Below are positions 8,756 to 17,989 of a stretch of 41,496 bases of DNA, piece by piece. The position numbers were made by a program, and so were the translations under genes. The stretch comes from an uncultured bacterium (GTDB lineage Bacteria > Auribacterota > Erginobacteria > Erginobacterales > Erginobacteraceae), in contig CAWGIE010000040.1 in assembly GCA_963822585.1 (NCBI GenBank), forward strand, positions 1 to 41,496, written 5' to 3'. Below the pieces are notes generated by a model that was not told the origin of the DNA, made no database searches, and was given only the letters and a program-made list of their open reading frames with translations. Position 1 is the stretch's first letter. Each line of letters opens with the position of its first letter.

Positions 8756-9997
8756 ATGAGATGTACTTTCCTGACAAAACTCATCCTGCTAACTGCCAGC
8801 TTGATTATCGGGTATAGTATCTGCGAAGGAGTCACCCGGCTGATTACATGGTCTGATCAGGACGGCCAGCTTTATCTTGGAAAGAATCTGATACTTCCCT
8901 ACCGCCCTCCCCTCAGCCGGATCCGGGATAATTTTCAGACCTACCTAAAAAACCGTGATCGCACCTATCTGATCCCCGACCCCCTGCTGGGCTGGACAAT
9001 CTCCCCCCGGAGAAATCAATCCGGGTTCTTTCAGACTAATTCATGGGGAATCCGATCGGAACCGCGGGAGTATGATCTCTCCCCATCCCCCGGGAAAGTC
9101 CGGATTGCTCTGTTTGGGGACTCCTTCACGCATGGCGATGAGGTGCCTTTTGAAGAGACCTGGGGAAAATTACTGGAAGATAAACTGCGCCGGCAGGGAG
9201 TGGATGCTGAAGTCATCAACTTCGGGGTGCCGGCTTATGGCATCGGACAAGCATATCTCCGCTGGAAATATCTGGGCCGCAAATTTCACCCTCGGGTGGT
9301 GGTCTTCGGATTTCAGGTGGAGAATATTAAAAGGACTGTTAATATCTTCCGGCAACTCTACAGCCGGAATTCTCGGTTGCCGTACAGCAAACCCCGGTTT
9401 ATTCTCAATCGGCAGCAGGTTCTGACACTGGTCAATAGCCCGACCGTACCCCCGGAAAAAGTTGCCGAAACTCTGGAGAATTTTCTCCAATCACCGCTAT
9501 CTCGCGATGAATACTGGTTCAACCCGAAAAGCTATACCCGTACCTTCCTGGATCATAGCCAATTTCTGCGGTTGATCCGAACCTGCCTGGCAAACCCCTA
9601 CCCCGACCGCAAGGAGGGACCTGGCTGGCTGGCCCCGGAAGGCGATCAGATCCCGGTGATTCTATCTATTCTCCGGCAATTTTCCCGTGAGGTGGAGGCA
9701 TCAGGCGGCATTCCGATCATTCTCCACCTCCCGGCACGCAATGAACTAAAAGGGAGAAGAGGTGGGAAGGAACCATACTATTATTTTCTTTTCCACGAGC
9801 TGGAAAAAGACTCCATCCCGATCGTAGACCCGGCCCCCGAGCTGGAAGGGAGACATAAACTCTATAAAAAACGTGGTCATTACTCTGCCCAGGGAGGGGA
9901 AATCGTGGCCCGAGTTCTAGCCAAACGAATCCTGGAGCTGCTGGCCGAAACCGGGGAGAAGGACAGGCGGAAATCAAAATACCCCGCCGCTCTCTGA
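8756..9997 (+). CDS. Membrane-anchored SGNH/GDSL family protein
   Basis: N-terminal TM helix; PDPLLGW, FGDSFTHG, NFGVPAYG, GHYSAQG. The start is the ATG at 8756 or the TTG at 8747. Confidence 0.85.
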   Translation: MRCTFLTKLILLTASLIIGYSICEGVTRLITWSDQDGQLYLGKNLILPYRPPLSRIRDNFQTYLKNRDRTYLIPDPLLGWTISPRRNQSGFFQTNSWGIRSEPREYDLSPSPGKVRIALFGDSFTHGDEVPFEETWGKLLEDKLRRQGVDAEVINFGVPAYGIGQAYLRWKYLGRKFHPRVVVFGFQVENIKRTVNIFRQLYSRNSRLPYSKPRFILNRQQVLTLVNSPTVPPEKVAETLENFLQSPLSRDEYWFNPKSYTRTFLDHSQFLRLIRTCLANPYPDRKEGPGWLAPEGDQIPVILSILRQFSREVEASGGIPIILHLPARNELKGRRGGKEPYYYFLFHELEKDSIPIVDPAPELEGRHKLYKKRGHYSAQGGEIVARVLAKRILELLAETGEKDRRKSKYPAAL

Positions 9998-10073
9998 CCC
10001 GGTACCGGACAAGGAGGGGGTGGACAACCCTTGACTTCACTTCAGAGAGACTCACTGCAACGCGCTTTTGCGC

Positions 10074-10102
10074 TTGACTCAACCCTTTTGTAACCGTATA
10101 GT
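10074..10102 (+). promoter_or_regulatory. Candidate sigma70 promoter
   Basis: TTGACT-N17-TATAGT about 70 nt upstream of the GNAT gene. Confidence 0.6.
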
Positions 10103-10170
10103 CGCTTTTTTATTCCAGATATTTTGAAGCTATATCTCACATTGTTAAAAGAAAATGGACAAATAGACTG

Positions 10171-10695
10171 ATGAGATCAGCCCGGGGCAATTTGGTACTC
10201 CGCCCGCTCACCCGTGACGATCTTCTCTTTACGGTCAGTCTGCGAAACAACCCCGATACCAGAAAGTGGTTTTATGATCAGCGGAAGGTTGACCTGGAGG
10301 GATCCCGAAAGTGGTTTGCTGCCCTGAATCCGGAGACTGACTGGTACTTCATCGGCGAGCTGGATGGGAAGAGGGTCGGCCTCTACGCAATCTATCACAT
10401 CGACTGGGCGGAAAAGAAAGGAGAATGCGGTTCGGTGATGATAATGCCGGAATACCGGGGGACCGACCTCTCCTTGAGAATGGCCCGGCAGCTTTTCCAG
10501 ATAGCCCGAAAACGCGGGTTAAAGACTCTCTACGGCAACGGATATCTAAAAAATCGGCGCGCTCAGAAACAGGCCGCTAAAATCGGTTTTTCCGTAACTG
10601 AAGACCCGGTCCACGACCGGTTCCAGCTCTTCCTCGACCTGGAAAAATGCTCACCTGCTTCTAACACTGATTCGGCATTTCCACAGGTGGATTAA
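10171..10695 (+). CDS. GNAT N-acetyltransferase (RimJ/PseH-like), probably acting on an amino sugar
   Basis: LRPLTRDDL...LRNNPDTRKW, PEYRGT, NRRAQK..KIGF; convergent with a DegT aminotransferase gene. Confidence 0.8.
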   Translation: MRSARGNLVLRPLTRDDLLFTVSLRNNPDTRKWFYDQRKVDLEGSRKWFAALNPETDWYFIGELDGKRVGLYAIYHIDWAEKKGECGSVMIMPEYRGTDLSLRMARQLFQIARKRGLKTLYGNGYLKNRRAQKQAAKIGFSVTEDPVHDRFQLFLDLEKCSPASNTDSAFPQVD

Positions 10696-10773
10696 CGGCC
10701 CCCCCAGGCATTCGGATACCCCATCACTCCAATTATTCAGAATGCCGCGCGGGCGAAGTGAGGAATATGTTTG

Positions 10774-11880
10774 TTACTTCCGGAACGACCGGATCGCCTC
10801 GATCACCTGCTCGACCTCCGGATCCGTCAGGGATGGATACATCGGCAGCGTGATAATCTTTTTGAATACCTCTTCCGCCCGGGGTAGCGTTAGCTGCCCC
10901 CGGTAACACTTATAGAGGTGGATCGGCTTGTAGTGCACGCCGGTTGCGATCCCATGTTCTTTGAGATGAACGCTGAAATTATCCCTGTCTTCAACCTTGA
11001 TACAGTAAATATGCCAGGCAGACTTATAATCATCGTCATCCGGAGGAGGCGTCTGAATCCAGTCTAAATCGGAGAAGGCTTCCGTGTACATCCGGGCAAT
11101 CTCCCGGCGGCGGGCATTTAACGCGGGCAGCTTTTCAAGCTGGACCAGCCCGATCGTCGCCATGATGTCGTTCATGTGGCACTTCAGGCCGATCTCATCA
11201 ACCTGATATTCCCACCAATAGCTTCGATCAACATCCGTCCGGTCCCAGGTCCCTTTATCGATTCCCAGCCATCGAAGCCGCTTGGCCCGTTCAGCCATCG
11301 CCCGATCATTCAACGTCAGGGCGCCCCCGTCACCGGTAGCCAGGTTTTTTACCGCATGAAAGCTGAAACAGCCGATCTGCCCCAGACTGCCGCAGTTGCG
11401 GCCTTTATAAACACCGCCGCAGGCATGGGCGGCGTCTTCGATAACCGGGATATGTCCGGCAATCTGCAGGAGGGAATCCATATCCACCGGTCGGCCGCTG
11501 TAGTGAACCGGTATAATCGCCCGGGTCCGGGGGGAGATCAGCTTCTCCAGATGGTTCAGATCAATCCCCAGAGTTACCGGGTCGCAATCCGCGAAAACCG
11601 GAACTGCTTTATTATAGACCACCACATGAGCGGTGGAGACAAATGTAATGGTAGGGATGATAATTTCATCCCCCGGCTCGATCCGGAGCAGCCGCAGGGA
11701 AAGATCAAGAGCAGCGGTCGCGGAATTGACGCCGACGGCAAATTTGGTGCCGATACAGCGAGCGAACTCCCGCTCAAATTGGGCGGTCTTTGGGCCCAGG
11801 CCAACCCACCCCGCCAGCATGGTCTCCCGCAAGGCCTTTATCTCCTCCTCGCCGTAAGATGGTTTGAATACCTGAATCAT
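10774..11880 (-). CDS. DegT/DnrJ/EryC1/StrS PLP-dependent sugar aminotransferase
   Basis: VNSATAAL, PVHYSG, IEDAAHA, FSFHAVKNLATGDGG. ATG at 11880 has an AAGGAGG RBS. Confidence 0.95.
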   Translation of the reverse strand: MIQVFKPSYGEEEIKALRETMLAGWVGLGPKTAQFEREFARCIGTKFAVGVNSATAALDLSLRLLRIEPGDEIIIPTITFVSTAHVVVYNKAVPVFADCDPVTLGIDLNHLEKLISPRTRAIIPVHYSGRPVDMDSLLQIAGHIPVIEDAAHACGGVYKGRNCGSLGQIGCFSFHAVKNLATGDGGALTLNDRAMAERAKRLRWLGIDKGTWDRTDVDRSYWWEYQVDEIGLKCHMNDIMATIGLVQLEKLPALNARRREIARMYTEAFSDLDWIQTPPPDDDDYKSAWHIYCIKVEDRDNFSVHLKEHGIATGVHYKPIHLYKCYRGQLTLPRAEEVFKKIITLPMYPSLTDPEVEQVIEAIRSFRK

Positions 11881-11881
11881 A

Positions 11882-13261
11882 CTACTCAACCTCCTTTTTT
11901 ATCGCCTGAGCCGCCGCCTCACCTTTTTTCACCGCTTCATCCATATTTATATAACAAAAATTGGCCTGCCGGCCAGCAAAAAATAAATTAGGCCTGCTCA
12001 GCCGTTTCATCAACTTCCCGAGATATTCCTCCGTGTCGGTCTGGAAGATCGGGTAGGCGTGGCTGAGGCGGGTGACCCCGGTTTTGAGAACCCGGGAAGG
12101 GTCGAGGAAACCGTTCTGCCCGGCTTCGGTCAGTACCCGTCGGGTAATTTCATCGTCCGGCATCTTCCAGATATCATCATCCTTAAAACAGGTGATCTCA
12201 AAATTAATCGACCCCTGCCCCGGAGGACTGGCCGACGGGAAAAGATTGGTATAGTTGTTGAGCCGGTTGAAGAGGTGCTGCCGGGAAGGAAAATAAATCC
12301 ACTGCTGGGGAAACGGGTTATACTCCAAGGCAATATGAACAAGCACCATAGCCCGATAAAGCAGGCGGCTTGAATGATCTTCTCCCAGAATATATCGGGC
12401 CAGTTCGGTCAAGGGAATGGTGGAGACAACGTAATCGGCGCACAATTCCTCCCGTTTTCCATCCCGTTCATACACCACTGATTCTATCCGTCCAGCCTTG
12501 ACCACGATATTTTTTATCATCACCCCGGTCATAAACCGCACTTGATGAGGGGTCAGTTCCCGGCGCAGGTTATTGATTAATACCTGTACCCCGGTCCGGC
12601 CGTAATAACATGTCGGAGGCTGCTGAGAATATTTAAAGTCAGAGAATCGTCCTCTCCAGCTGAGGATATTCAAGAAGGCTCGTTTAATGACATCCATCAG
12701 GCTGACCGTGGTCACGCGGCGGAAAATATGCTCCCCGTCAATCCGATCGCCACTGATCCCCCAGGTCTTTTCGGCATAGGGGCCGAAATAGATATTATAG
12801 AGCCTGGTCCCGAAGCGAAAGGTAATCCAATCATGAAAGCTCTTCCCCGGGCGGGCTTTGCCCAGATAGAGAAGAATTCGTGCTCGACAGAAGTCCAGAG
12901 TGCAGGCTACCAGTTCCCGGATAGTAAGAGTAAAAAATAACTCTCTGATCCCCAGAGGATAATTAACCAGACGCTCGCGGAACCAGATGGCGGTGGATTT
13001 TTTGATCTCTATTCTCTCTTCCCCCATAATTTCCGCCGCCCGCCGGTAGTATGGCTCACTCTCGGCACTGGAGGGAAAAAGCCCATGCACACCAAGATCA
13101 AATAGAAAATCACCCATCCTCACCGTCCGGGCCAGCCCACCTAATTCCGGTTCTTTTTCCAGAACGGTCACCCGGATATTTTTATCATCCCGGAGAAAAT
13201 AGGCCGAGGAGAGCCCGGCAATCCCGCCTCCCAGAATAACCACTTGCAATGGTTTTGACAC
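11882..13261 (-). CDS. FAD-dependent oxidoreductase (protoporphyrinogen oxidase / UDP-galactopyranose mutase-like)
   Basis: GGGIAG Rossmann motif, LEKEPELGGLART, FDLGVH, PYAEKTWG, HAYP, GRQANFCYINMD. Confidence 0.85.
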   Translation of the reverse strand: MSKPLQVVILGGGIAGLSSAYFLRDDKNIRVTVLEKEPELGGLARTVRMGDFLFDLGVHGLFPSSAESEPYYRRAAEIMGEERIEIKKSTAIWFRERLVNYPLGIRELFFTLTIRELVACTLDFCRARILLYLGKARPGKSFHDWITFRFGTRLYNIYFGPYAEKTWGISGDRIDGEHIFRRVTTVSLMDVIKRAFLNILSWRGRFSDFKYSQQPPTCYYGRTGVQVLINNLRRELTPHQVRFMTGVMIKNIVVKAGRIESVVYERDGKREELCADYVVSTIPLTELARYILGEDHSSRLLYRAMVLVHIALEYNPFPQQWIYFPSRQHLFNRLNNYTNLFPSASPPGQGSINFEITCFKDDDIWKMPDDEITRRVLTEAGQNGFLDPSRVLKTGVTRLSHAYPIFQTDTEEYLGKLMKRLSRPNLFFAGRQANFCYINMDEAVKKGEAAAQAIKKEVE

Positions 13262-13273
13262 AATATTACCTGT

Positions 13274-14923
13274 TTAATTGGCCGGGTTGTTCGGCCGGTA
13301 TTCCAGCAATCTGACCTTTCTCCCCCCGAACGAATTTTCTTTAACGACCTTCATTTCCTGAGGGAGCGTGGCGGCATGGAGTAAAAATCGCAAAGCCGGA
13401 TGAATCATATACAGCTTATAGTCATCTATAATCAGGTAGCGGATATTCCTCTTGCGAAGATAGTCGCAGAGCCCGGGATAATCGCCCCAGTAGAAGACGT
13501 TCCACCGGCAGCCGGCATAGTAACTCACCCCCATATGAAACATCATAACATTCTCTTTATTGATTCCGGGAATGTTTTTCTGCATCCACTCCCCGATCAG
13601 GCGATACTCATAGGGGATGCCGATCTTCTTCCACTTCCGGTAGATAACATCACCCGAGCCGACCACCATCCCCCCTATTATGATCCCGATCAGGAGACCA
13701 TACACTCCCTTCTTCAGCCGCGAACCCGACGCCCGGACGGACTCCTCCCAGCCCGATAGAATCCGGGCCAGGATGATCAGCCCCAGAGGCATGAATGGAT
13801 AAAAATAGCGATGCTCAATGGTAACTAAAAGGAAGACCAGGGCGGGGCTAAACAACAGCAGCAAAAAAAGACTGACCGGAAGATCCCGGCGGCGGATCAG
13901 GCTGGTCAGAAAAAACAACCCGCCCGGGAATACCATCCCCGCCAGAATCAGGATTAAAAACCAGGGAGGGACACCTAAAAAACCGGCGCTTTTGACCAGC
14001 TCGCGGTAGCCGTCCCTGATGTTAAACTCCACTACCTCCCGCAGCTCTCCCGGCCGATGAAGAGCCATCGCCAGCAACCCCATCGCCTTCCCGCGATGAG
14101 GAAAATAATCCGGATGGAAGATCCTCTCCATGTGGAGGAAGATCACTTCCGACTCCGTCATCCCCCGGGCCTGGGCCAGGCGCATGGTTAAATCCTGATA
14201 ATGGCTGCTCCCGCTGATCTCCGTGCCCCCGCTTACCCGCTGGAGGTAAAGCCAATAAGGAGAGCAGATCAAACTGAAAGTCAAAAGCAGGAGTACCGAC
14301 CGGATGAGCCAGCGCAGCCAGGGTGAGCGGCCGGGAAAGAGCTGTCCGATCAGGAGAAAAAGCAAACATAACGGGAGGAAAGCCAGGCCGGCGGGATGGG
14401 TCAAAAATGCCAGCCCGAAGAGGGCCCCCGCCGGAATCATCCCGCTCACCCCTTTGCCTTGAAAGGTTATCCAGAAGATCGCCAGGGCACTCAGCAAAAT
14501 AAACGTATAAAGCGATTCGGCGAAGGTTTCGACTGATCCATAGACCAGAATCGGGAAAACGGCCGTGAAGAGACCGGCGTAAAGGGCCGTTCTCCGGTTG
14601 AAGAGCGACCTCGCCAGCAGAAAAACCGGGAGCACCAAAAAGGCTCCCGCCAGGACGGAGACCAGTTGACCGGCTTTCACCGGATCACCCAGCACGTGCC
14701 AGAAAAGGCCCACCATGATCGGATAAAAGGGAGGGTGAGCGGTATGGGGGATTCCGAACTCGGTATAGCCTTTCCCGGCAAAGATATTCCGGGCCAGGAG
14801 CAGGTAAGTGACGGTATCGCTTCCTCCTCCCGAGTCGATAAAATTAAAAGTAAACAGAGAAAGCAAACGGAGGGCTAACGCCGCCAGCATCAACCAGATG
14901 AGTATCCGTATTTTCCGCTTCAT
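13274..14923 (-). CDS. GT-C fold membrane glycosyltransferase (ArnT/PMT, GT39/GT83-like)
   Basis: ALALRL...SDTVTYLLLARN...HPPFYP, many TM segments, EHRYFYP. Confidence 0.85.
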   Translation of the reverse strand: MKRKIRILIWLMLAALALRLLSLFTFNFIDSGGGSDTVTYLLLARNIFAGKGYTEFGIPHTAHPPFYPIMVGLFWHVLGDPVKAGQLVSVLAGAFLVLPVFLLARSLFNRRTALYAGLFTAVFPILVYGSVETFAESLYTFILLSALAIFWITFQGKGVSGMIPAGALFGLAFLTHPAGLAFLPLCLLFLLIGQLFPGRSPWLRWLIRSVLLLLTFSLICSPYWLYLQRVSGGTEISGSSHYQDLTMRLAQARGMTESEVIFLHMERIFHPDYFPHRGKAMGLLAMALHRPGELREVVEFNIRDGYRELVKSAGFLGVPPWFLILILAGMVFPGGLFFLTSLIRRRDLPVSLFLLLLFSPALVFLLVTIEHRYFYPFMPLGLIILARILSGWEESVRASGSRLKKGVYGLLIGIIIGGMVVGSGDVIYRKWKKIGIPYEYRLIGEWMQKNIPGINKENVMMFHMGVSYYAGCRWNVFYWGDYPGLCDYLRKRNIRYLIIDDYKLYMIHPALRFLLHAATLPQEMKVVKENSFGGRKVRLLEYRPNNPAN

Positions 14924-14947
14924 GTGTCAATCAACCTGAATTATTCA

Positions 14948-16582
14948 TCATGAGGGCCCGCTCCGGGTAAATTGATACAGGACGATCGTCCTGCCCCGAT
15001 GTTTGATTCTGTGCACCTCTTCCAGTCCGGAAGGCGGAGGGGACGAATCCAAAAGAAAGGCCAGGGCAGGCCGGGCCCAGGGGATGGTCCACTCATCGAT
15101 GACCAGGTATTTTCCTCCGGAACGGCGGGCGTCTTCAAGCATTTTCTCATAGCTCCCCGGATAGGGGAGAGCGTGGGGAGAACCCGTGTAGAAGGGCACC
15201 CCCATCTTCCGGCTGATGATCACCTCACCGGAGACGCCGGGGAGGTTCTCCGTCATCCATTCCCCCAGCAGCTTGTATTCATAAGGGACGGTGTTTATCT
15301 TCCGGGGTATCAGGTAGATGGTAGCCGCCAGCGACAAGGCGGCCAGAATAACGGCGACCGCGGTCGCCCACCTCCGGTGGAAGTGCGAGAATGGGGGAAG
15401 GGCCCGGCGAACGAGATAAGCCCCCAGACAGACGACCGCGAGCGGGATATAGGGATAATAATAGCGCATGTCGATCCCGGAGAGGGCCAGATACTGAAGG
15501 GTGCCGGCGAAGACGAGAAGCAGGAAGGTGTCCCGGAAGCGCCACCTCTTCCTGACGATCTTCCTGATCAGCGCCAGCAGCACCGCCAGCAGAGCGGCGA
15601 CCACCACTCCGTCGACCGGGAGACGGGGAAGGCCCAGTTTCCGGATCTGGGCCCCATTCCCCAGGTCGATAAAGGCGCGGAGATTCTGAGCGAGCTTCTG
15701 AAAGATCTCTCCCAGGTGTTCCCGGAGAAATCCCCCCATGCCCCCCACCGCGATCCAATCCCGCAAGGCCTGTTCCCGGTAGGTGTAGAGAAAATAACTG
15801 TCCTTCTCCCAATCGTTCCCGAAGTAACCCTCAAAAGTAAAGGGACCCCGGCCGTTCGTCGTCCAGTGTCTCAGGTGGCGGTGCAGGAAGATCCAGTAGG
15901 GAAAGGAGACAATGGCGAAGCCGGCCGCCAACCCCGCCCAGCCGGCGGCGATGCTGCCGATCCCTTTCTTCTCCCGGGCCTTCCCGGCCAGTAAAGGCAG
16001 GACCGCGGCCAGGGGGAGAAGAAGGATCGCTTCCGGCCGTGCCTGGTAGGCGAGGCTGACGCCTGCTCCCGTCGCCAGGCCGAGCAGGAAGCCGGGCCGG
16101 ATGGCAGAGCGATAGATCAGGCAAAGGCTGAAGATGAAGAGAGTCGTGTAGAGAGAGACGACCCGGATCTCGGTGGAACTGTAAATGAAGGGAGGAAGGA
16201 CCGCGGTAAGTAATGCCGCGTAGAGCCCGGTTCTCTCATTGAAAAGGATCTTCCCCGCCCAGAAGACCGGCAAGACCAGGAGCGCCCCGAATATGACCGA
16301 GACCAGCTGGCCCCCTAACTCAAGATTTCCGGTTATCTCCCAGAATAACCCCGCCAGAACCGGGAAAGCGGGCGAGTGAATGGTCTGAGGGCGATCCTGG
16401 AAGACAAGCCCCTCGCCGGAAAAAAGGTTCTTCCCGCTCACTGCCATCACCACCCCGTCGATGCCCCCGTCCGCGCCCACGAAACGGTAACAGCTCAGGG
16501 CCCAGATCCGCAGCCCGAGCGCGAGCAGGAAGATCACAATGAGAAGCGGCATTGTCCGGTTTTTGTCTATTTTCTTATCCAT
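14948..16582 (-). CDS. GT-C fold membrane glycosyltransferase, paralog of 13274-14923
   Basis: ALGLRI...DGGID...HSPAFP, GQLVSV, RPEA, MRYYYP. Shares PYEY..GEWM and YLVID motifs with its neighbour. Confidence 0.85.
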   Translation of the reverse strand: MDKKIDKNRTMPLLIVIFLLALGLRIWALSCYRFVGADGGIDGVVMAVSGKNLFSGEGLVFQDRPQTIHSPAFPVLAGLFWEITGNLELGGQLVSVIFGALLVLPVFWAGKILFNERTGLYAALLTAVLPPFIYSSTEIRVVSLYTTLFIFSLCLIYRSAIRPGFLLGLATGAGVSLAYQARPEAILLLPLAAVLPLLAGKAREKKGIGSIAAGWAGLAAGFAIVSFPYWIFLHRHLRHWTTNGRGPFTFEGYFGNDWEKDSYFLYTYREQALRDWIAVGGMGGFLREHLGEIFQKLAQNLRAFIDLGNGAQIRKLGLPRLPVDGVVVAALLAVLLALIRKIVRKRWRFRDTFLLLVFAGTLQYLALSGIDMRYYYPYIPLAVVCLGAYLVRRALPPFSHFHRRWATAVAVILAALSLAATIYLIPRKINTVPYEYKLLGEWMTENLPGVSGEVIISRKMGVPFYTGSPHALPYPGSYEKMLEDARRSGGKYLVIDEWTIPWARPALAFLLDSSPPPSGLEEVHRIKHRGRTIVLYQFTRSGPS

Positions 16583-16660
16583 CAGGATCCCTGTTCATGA
16601 CATCCCGGAGACATCAATCTTACCGGAAATCGCATTAATCGCCACCATACTAAGAACTTA

Positions 16661-16804
16661 GCCCTCGCTTTGCTCGGGCGACTAAAAATAATCCACAGAT
16701 GGATTCGACTCCGCTCACCACAAGTTTACACAGATGAACACAGATTACATTCCCTCTACCTCATCCCCTTTAATAAACCACGAATCACACGAATCTGCAC
16801 GAAT
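16661..16804. repeat. Composite intergenic repeat cluster (REP-like hairpins plus CACAGAT and CACGAAT 9/10-mer arrays)
   Basis: gccc-tcgctttgctc-gggc; cacagat at 16694, 16729 and 16739; ttcgactccgctcacca inserted in that array; cacgaat at 16779, 16788 and 16798. Confidence 0.65.
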
Positions 16805-17029
16805 TACCCCCTATCCCCCGGCCTCTTTGATGAACAGACGATTGTCGTAGATCCGGCAGTTTTTGACGGAGATGTGATTGAATAGGATAAATACTCTATT
16901 TTATAATCGATCTGATGGAATTTTTCACCGGACCGCACAAAATCAAATTTTATTGTGAGCCGGAGGCTCATCCCGATGGCTATCGGGGAAATTCCGAAGC
17001 AATAAATTAGCGCCTTCGGGGTGACTTTC

Positions 17030-17107
17030 GCCACTAAGAAAAACAAATAGGGCGAAGATCTTATCCTTTCCCCTCCTCTCTTCTTGGTGCCTTGGTGACT
17101 TGGTGGC
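17030..17107. repeat. Inverted 8-mer tandem-repeat element
   Basis: gccactaag ... cttggtgc cttggtga cttggtggc. Confidence 0.65.
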
Positions 17108-17137
17108 TATTAATTATTGAAATGACGAAATAGAGAT

Positions 17138-17809
17138 TCATTTTGCCGCCGACGGTGCCGAGCAGTGTTTGTCTTCCAGCATGGAAGAACTGCGTCCGGA
17201 CCGAATGAGGGCCAGGGATATCATGTGATATCCGGGTTTCCCCAGTATCCTGAGTTCGTAACGGGCGCTCTTCCTTTCTTCCAGGCCGGCCGCGGAAAAA
17301 AGCCGGCGCCAGCCTTCCAGCGGCCGGAAAAATTTCCCCCGGTCGAGGCGCTGCATGAACCGGTGATACCATTCCCCCGGGGCCGGGGCGAGCGGTTCCT
17401 GCACGATAACCATCCCCCCCGGGGCCAGCATCCCCACCAGGCCGCGGAGTACGGCGGCGGCTTTTTCTTCGCCGATATGGTGAAGAAGGGAGTTAATGAG
17501 AATGACATCAAACCGTTCCGGCAGCCGCAGCGTTTCCGCGTCGCCGGCCAGGAAACGCCGGGAAGGATAACGCTTCCGGGCGGCGGCGATATACCGGGGG
17601 TTGATGTCCACGCCGGTGTAATCCGCCCCCGGAAAGAGAGGGACATCGGAGCCCGGGCCGCAGCCGACCGAGAGTACCGCGGCGTCGGCGTAGTCGGCCC
17701 GGATCGCCCGGATCGCCTCTTCTTTCGCGCTGTTTACGAAAGAAGAGTGCACACGATAAACCCACGGATTGGAAAGGATGCGGTCGATCAGTCTATCGAG
17801 CGTGCTCAT
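17138..17809 (-). CDS. Class I SAM-dependent methyltransferase
   Basis: VLSVGCGPG, GVDINP, GDAE, LLHHI, LAPGG. ATG at 17809 preferred. Confidence 0.9.
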   Translation of the reverse strand: MSTLDRLIDRILSNPWVYRVHSSFVNSAKEEAIRAIRADYADAAVLSVGCGPGSDVPLFPGADYTGVDINPRYIAAARKRYPSRRFLAGDAETLRLPERFDVILINSLLHHIGEEKAAAVLRGLVGMLAPGGMVIVQEPLAPAPGEWYHRFMQRLDRGKFFRPLEGWRRLFSAAGLEERKSARYELRILGKPGYHMISLALIRSGRSSSMLEDKHCSAPSAAK

Positions 17810-17868
17810 AGTTATACCTTGCTCAAAAAGGTGTTTTAGAAATCTTGCTCGAAACAAAAAAGATATCC

Positions 17869-17986
17869 GCCACGAAGGTCACGGAGTACACGAAGAATAG
17901 TAGGGAAAAATAAGATTTGCCTCATTATCTGTCAAAACCTTCGTGATCGCAGTCTCCCCCGATAAGTTCGGGGTGTTCTTCGCGGT
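17869..17986. repeat. Inverted 9-mer tandem-repeat element with an internal small palindrome
   Basis: cacgaaggt cacggagta cacgaagaa ... ccttcgtga [ccccga-taagt-tcgggg] ttcttcgcggt. Confidence 0.7.
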
Positions 17987-17989
17987 GAA

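Noticed and set aside
10010..10090. Possible inverted repeat or REP after the SGNH gene
   Set aside because: Arm complementarity is weak, and the right part is better explained as a -35 box.
16804..17046. 80-aa minus-strand ORF in the repeat-rich spacer
   Set aside because: TTG start, runs through repeat elements and has no recognisable family. A decayed gene fragment cannot be excluded without blastx.
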